From: a virus
IMG/VR virus record: IMGVR_UViG_3300026097_000011
Location: 1 to 64,000 of that record
DNA length: 64,000 nucleotides
Direction: 5' to 3' (one strand)
Shown: one piece after another, positions 59,908 to 64,000 of the stretch
How positions within the stretch are numbered: position 1 is the stretch's first letter
Layout: the number at the start of each line of letters is the position of its first letter
Translations under genes and position numbers: made by a program
The notes under the pieces: model-generated
Told to the model about the DNA's origin: nothing
The model's database searches: none
Seen by the model: only the letters and a program-made list of their open reading frames with translations

Positions 59908-61776
59908 TTAATTTAGCAATCTTTCTTTTCTAGGCTGTGAGTCTTTTCCAAACCATGCTTCTAGTGAATCTTTTGAATGCTTATCAAATTTAATCTGAAC
60001 AGTTTTTGGATTCTTAATAATCTCTTCATATTCATCATCCTCAAGTGCAGCTAAACCTTTTTTATACTCAATATTCCACGTTGAAGGATTGGTTGTTTTT
60101 TTATTCATCCAATGTTCAAACTCTTCATTCGTATAAAACGTATTCATTTGCTTTCTCTTTTTTGCAACTACTAATGGAGTCATTACTTTATGGATTATTC
60201 CCATTTCAAATAATTCTGGCCAATATTTAGCAAAAAAGTTCATAAGTTGTGCCGCAATAGAATTTCCATCCGGATCTGCATCTGTGTAAATGTATACTTT
60301 ACCATATCTTAAATCTTTAGGATCTTCTCCTAGTTTAAGTCCAATAGATCCCATTAATCCTTTTGCTTCTTCGTTTTTAATGACCTTTGTATTAGGAAGT
60401 TCATGAACATTCATGAATTTACCCTTTAATGGGAAAGCTCCCATTTCTTGAGTGTTTCTAAATTTACGAACAGCTGATAGTGCTGACATTCCCTCATATA
60501 TTCCAAGAATACATTTAGATCTATCACCTTTTTTCTGAGCATCTATTAATTTCTCAACTCTACCCTTTGCAAGTGACTTATTTAGCTTTCTAAGCTCAGC
60601 TCTTTCTTCTGCAAGTTGTTTCTTCTCAACCCAATCAAGTACAGATTGAATTATTTCAGATTTGAATATCTGTTTTGCAATTTTCTCAGTAACTTCGTGT
60701 TCGGTTTTGAATTTTCTTTGTTCAGTAATTAATTTCTCCTTTGTTTGAGAACTAAATGCTGGATTTACAACCATACCGTCGATGAATACATAAAGGTGGT
60801 TACGAATATCATTCGGTTTTACATCAACTTTATGTTTCTTTGATATCATTTCACGTAAGTGTGAAATTAATTGATTTGTAATATAGTCTACGTGAGTTCC
60901 ACCTTCTTTAGTATGAACCGAGTTTACGAAACTAACATTTGTAAAGCCATCAGTTGATTTTGCAAATCCAATTCTCCAATCATTTGATTCCTCGTAAAAA
61001 TATTCATTTTTTCCAACGTATAATTTAATATAGTCTTCAAATTTTCTGAATTTTATCTCACTTTTTGTGGTTTTACCATCTTTGATAGTTGTAATCTTAA
61101 CTTTAAGTCTAGGATTACATGCGGCTGCATCTAAACATCTCTTATACAGAATTTTATAACTATTCCAATCAATTACTTTCATTTGGAATCTATCAAGATC
61201 TGTAGTATATGATATTTCAGTAAATCCACGAGAAGCTTTGCTAACTTTCGGCTTAGATCGTTTACTCATATTATTAGTAAACGTTTGCTCGTACTTATTA
61301 GTACCATCGCATGTTTTAAGAACGAATTTATTACTAAATATATTTGTTAACGTTGCACCAACTCCGTTTGTCCCAGCTGTATCTCTATTTTTACTATCAT
61401 CAAAGCTACTTCCTGCTTTTAGATTTGAAAATATCATTTCAGGAATCCATTCTTTATGAACTGCATGTTTCTTAACAGGTATTCCACCATTATCCCATAC
61501 TGTGATTTCTCCAGAATCAAGATCAAACGTAACCCTAATCTCGTTTAAGCTTTTTGTTTTTCTATGCTCATCGACTGAATTAGATAATATCTCATCGAAT
61601 ATTTTAAGAAATGCTGGATTGTATGTTACGGATTCATACTCAATTTCGTCTCCATCAAAGAGATGATGATGTCCTGTATGTGGTTCAGTAGATCCAACAT
61701 ACATATACGGACGATGCAGAACATGCTCACGATCTGTAAGCTTCTGATACTTTTGTTCTATTTTAGATTTAGCCAT
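59908..61776 (-). CDS. Type II topoisomerase, GyrB/ParE-like subunit (gp39+60)
   Basis: EHVLHRPYMYVGS, EILSNSVD, DNGGIP, GTNGVG, PLKGK, TDADPDG, KKGLA. Confidence 0.95.
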   Translation of the reverse strand: MAKSKIEQKYQKLTDREHVLHRPYMYVGSTEPHTGHHHLFDGDEIEYESVTYNPAFLKIFDEILSNSVDEHRKTKSLNEIRVTFDLDSGEITVWDNGGIPVKKHAVHKEWIPEMIFSNLKAGSSFDDSKNRDTAGTNGVGATLTNIFSNKFVLKTCDGTNKYEQTFTNNMSKRSKPKVSKASRGFTEISYTTDLDRFQMKVIDWNSYKILYKRCLDAAACNPRLKVKITTIKDGKTTKSEIKFRKFEDYIKLYVGKNEYFYEESNDWRIGFAKSTDGFTNVSFVNSVHTKEGGTHVDYITNQLISHLREMISKKHKVDVKPNDIRNHLYVFIDGMVVNPAFSSQTKEKLITEQRKFKTEHEVTEKIAKQIFKSEIIQSVLDWVEKKQLAEERAELRKLNKSLAKGRVEKLIDAQKKGDRSKCILGIYEGMSALSAVRKFRNTQEMGAFPLKGKFMNVHELPNTKVIKNEEAKGLMGSIGLKLGEDPKDLRYGKVYIYTDADPDGNSIAAQLMNFFAKYWPELFEMGIIHKVMTPLVVAKKRKQMNTFYTNEEFEHWMNKKTTNPSTWNIEYKKGLAALEDDEYEEIIKNPKTVQIKFDKHSKDSLEAWFGKDSQPRKERLLN

Positions 61777-61807
61777 ATTTAATTATACACTATTTTTAAT
61801 AAAAGTT

Positions 61808-62215
61808 TTACCAGTCCATTACACATTCCTTAGTAAACTCATCCATGAGGAACTCTTTAAACTCAGCGATTCCATCATGAGAAAACTTTCCAAATTTTCC
61901 TTTTTCATGTTTTGGAAGATTTTCCTTTGTCACGGTTCCATACTTTTCAACCCAATCTTCCATTTTGTTTACCATATCAACTAGATCTACATGTTGGTAT
62001 TTTTTAACTTCAAAGAATACGTCTTCGTAGTCAAATTCAAATTTTTCAATATCTAAAACATAATTATCAATTTTACCCAACTTAGAATCTACAAATAATT
62101 TCCATCTAGTTTCTAAGTCAACTGATACATCGGCACAATATGCTTCTACATCATTTCGTAAATCTTCTGTCTCCACATTATATGCAGTTATTCGTTCTCT
62201 TAGTTCTTGTTCCAT
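61808..62215 (-). CDS. Hypothetical protein
   Basis: 135-aa ORF. Confidence 0.7.
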   Translation of the reverse strand: MEQELRERITAYNVETEDLRNDVEAYCADVSVDLETRWKLFVDSKLGKIDNYVLDIEKFEFDYEDVFFEVKKYQHVDLVDMVNKMEDWVEKYGTVTKENLPKHEKGKFGKFSHDGIAEFKEFLMDEFTKECVMDW

Positions 62216-62230
62216 AGCGTTATTATTAAA

Positions 62231-62424
62231 AAGAAGCTATCTACTATATCCGAAATCAATGTGCCGGCAACATCGACCCCCGTTTTCTATATCTGCTTAT
62301 GATCTATTGATCAACTTGATTAGGTGTACCTAACATCGATATAGTAGAAATTCCCCATCGTACATATCTCTCACACGGATTCGTGCCCTGAGTATCGGTA
62401 GTCTGCGAAGGAACTTTCGCTTCT
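62231..62424. ncRNA. Candidate structured non-coding RNA
   Basis: GC-richer intergenic segment closed by AGAAGC/GCTTCT, with at least 5 internal hairpins. Confidence 0.5.
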
Positions 62425-62437
62425 AATATGTTTTTAT

Positions 62438-64000
62438 TTACCTATTTAAATGTTTAATTTTCAATGCGTCCCTAAAATATTGAGGAACTCTTTTTTGTAA
62501 TACTTGATCAAAGCATGCGTCTAATACATAAGTTTCAGCCCAGTCGTCTTCACTTCTAACAGATCTTCCATATGCTTGCATTATTTCTATTAATGTTTTC
62601 CAGTTATACCAATCAGGCTTAGTTTCTAGTCTTCTCTTAGTTTTACTACTTTGAAGATTTGGAAATGGTACCTTTAATATAACTTGAAATCTAGATAAAT
62701 CATCCTTTAAATCTATTCCGTTCATCATTGACGGGGAAACTAAAACCGTCTCAAATTCAGATTTAATATGATGATCTAGGGATTTCTCTCTAGTTGATGA
62801 ATCGTGTATTAATAATCTATCATCTTTAATGTTTCTTCTAATCCAATCACTGAATTGATAGTTACCAGTATGAATTATTCCCTTATGATCTTTATTCTTC
62901 TCTAGAATCTTTTTCATAACTGGAATAGCAGTCTTGAACGTTTCTTTCTTATCATAATATGACATTTTTCCAAATTTCACATATATGATTGGTCTATTTT
63001 TAGGTTTAAATGGACATGGCAATTCTAAATATGAATATTCATCGTCATCTAGTCCCATTAAAAATTCCATCATTGAGGGATCTAATATAGTTCCTGACAT
63101 CATAATAACATGATCATACTTATTAAAGAACATTTCTTTCATATACGCATTTCCCCAAATAGGTTCAACTAATATTCTAGTTTTTCCATTCTGATCTAAA
63201 TCTTTTTCAAATACCCAATTTGTTGTATAGTTTTCTTCATCGTTGATAAATCTATTGTATTTACACATTGCTTTATCACAGTGATCTGCTCTACTAACAA
63301 GCTCAGCTCTTTTTTTCTTAGCTCTAGTTTCCTTTGCATCCTCAATTAAATTAGTCATGTGACTAACTAATCGTGGAATAATTACTTTAGATACATATGC
63401 CGATAATTGAGTAGGACTAGTTATTCCATCTAGGTCTCCTGCCATCCATGGTTCCCATATTCCTAGCTTCTCAAGACTTCTCTCAGAAAACATAGATGAT
63501 ACAAAATCACAGAATGCTTCTTCAAAAAAATGAGCTTCATCTATTATTAGAACATTAGCTGATCTTTCTGCTAATTTATCAGGAGCATACATTGCATATG
63601 CCGTAAGTAAATGATAATTTGTGAGTCCAATTCGTTCGCGTTGAAATTGAGACGATGCTATTGTATGAGGACAGGTTCCGCATTTTTTACCCTTTACTTT
63701 GTTGAGAGTTTTAGATTCTCCACATTGCATCATATTAGTTCTACACCAATAACTATTGCTTCCCTTTAAGGATGCCATGAAATCAAAATCTCTAGTATAT
63801 TGATCTTGGAGTAATTTAGTATTTGTAATAATATCGAATTTGGAATCAACGTTGACTTCTTTAGAGTACCAATCGGCGATCATCACAGCCGCATATGATT
63901 TACCAACTCCAGTAGGAGCATCTATCATCATAAATTTTTTATCGTTATCAACTGATTCCTTTACGAAATCTAGAATCTCATTTTGTTGTGGTCGAGGATC
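62438..64000 (-). CDS. DinG/Rad3-like SF2 helicase (5' end outside window)
   Basis: PRPQQ upstream in frame, APTGVGKS, Cys cluster, DEAH, SGT, GID, KVPFP, QAYGRSVRS. Confidence 0.9.
   Translation of the reverse strand, partial: DPRPQQNEILDFVKESVDNDKKFMMIDAPTGVGKSYAAVMIADWYSKEVNVDSKFDIITNTKLLQDQYTRDFDFMASLKGSNSYWCRTNMMQCGESKTLNKVKGKKCGTCPHTIASSQFQRERIGLTNYHLLTAYAMYAPDKLAERSANVLIIDEAHFFEEAFCDFVSSMFSERSLEKLGIWEPWMAGDLDGITSPTQLSAYVSKVIIPRLVSHMTNLIEDAKETRAKKKRAELVSRADHCDKAMCKYNRFINDEENYTTNWVFEKDLDQNGKTRILVEPIWGNAYMKEMFFNKYDHVIMMSGTILDPSMMEFLMGLDDDEYSYLELPCPFKPKNRPIIYVKFGKMSYYDKKETFKTAIPVMKKILEKNKDHKGIIHTGNYQFSDWIRRNIKDDRLLIHDSSTREKSLDHHIKSEFETVLVSPSMMNGIDLKDDLSRFQVILKVPFPNLQSSKTKRRLETKPDWYNWKTLIEIMQAYGRSVRSEDDWAETYVLDACFDQVLQKRVPQYFRDALKIKHLNR

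Noticed and set aside
60470-60500. EGMSA instead of EGDSA in the topoisomerase TOPRIM domain
   Set aside because: Catalytic Glu and DxD motif are retained; no evidence of inactivation
1-64000. tRNA/rRNA genes, introns, inteins, or a cellular chromosome origin
   Set aside because: None recognised by eye; thyA, topoisomerase and helicases are uninterrupted; gene content is that of a T4-like phage

Overview
AT-rich (~30% GC) segment of a large T4-like (probably jumbo) myophage genome with frequent strand switches. The host is probably a Bacteroidetes; this is inferred from A-rich leaders without Shine-Dalgarno motifs and a DUF5522-like gene. Virion genes: portal, neck gp13, gp2/gp4, baseplate gp25/gp53/gp5-like, a prohead protease-scaffold fusion and the major capsid protein. 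Replication, repair and metabolism genes: primase, C-terminal half of a split PolB, UvsW/UvsY, type II topoisomerase, DinG-like helicase, UvsE, ThyA, dNMP kinase, PhoH, NADAR. Three peptidoglycan hydrolases are present. Most unusual: (1) at 1-1489, an integron-like array of four cassettes with attC-type hairpins, with ORFs antisense to the attC polarity and, in two cassettes, starting inside the attC loop; (2) an 8-kb nonulosonic (sialic/KDN-like) acid synthesis and glycosyltransferase cluster between baseplate and capsid genes; (3) about 20 late proteins with T4 capsid-targeting-like motifs, one with an annexin-like repeat; (4) a ~195-nt structured RNA candidate. All product calls come from motif recognition by eye, not database searches.
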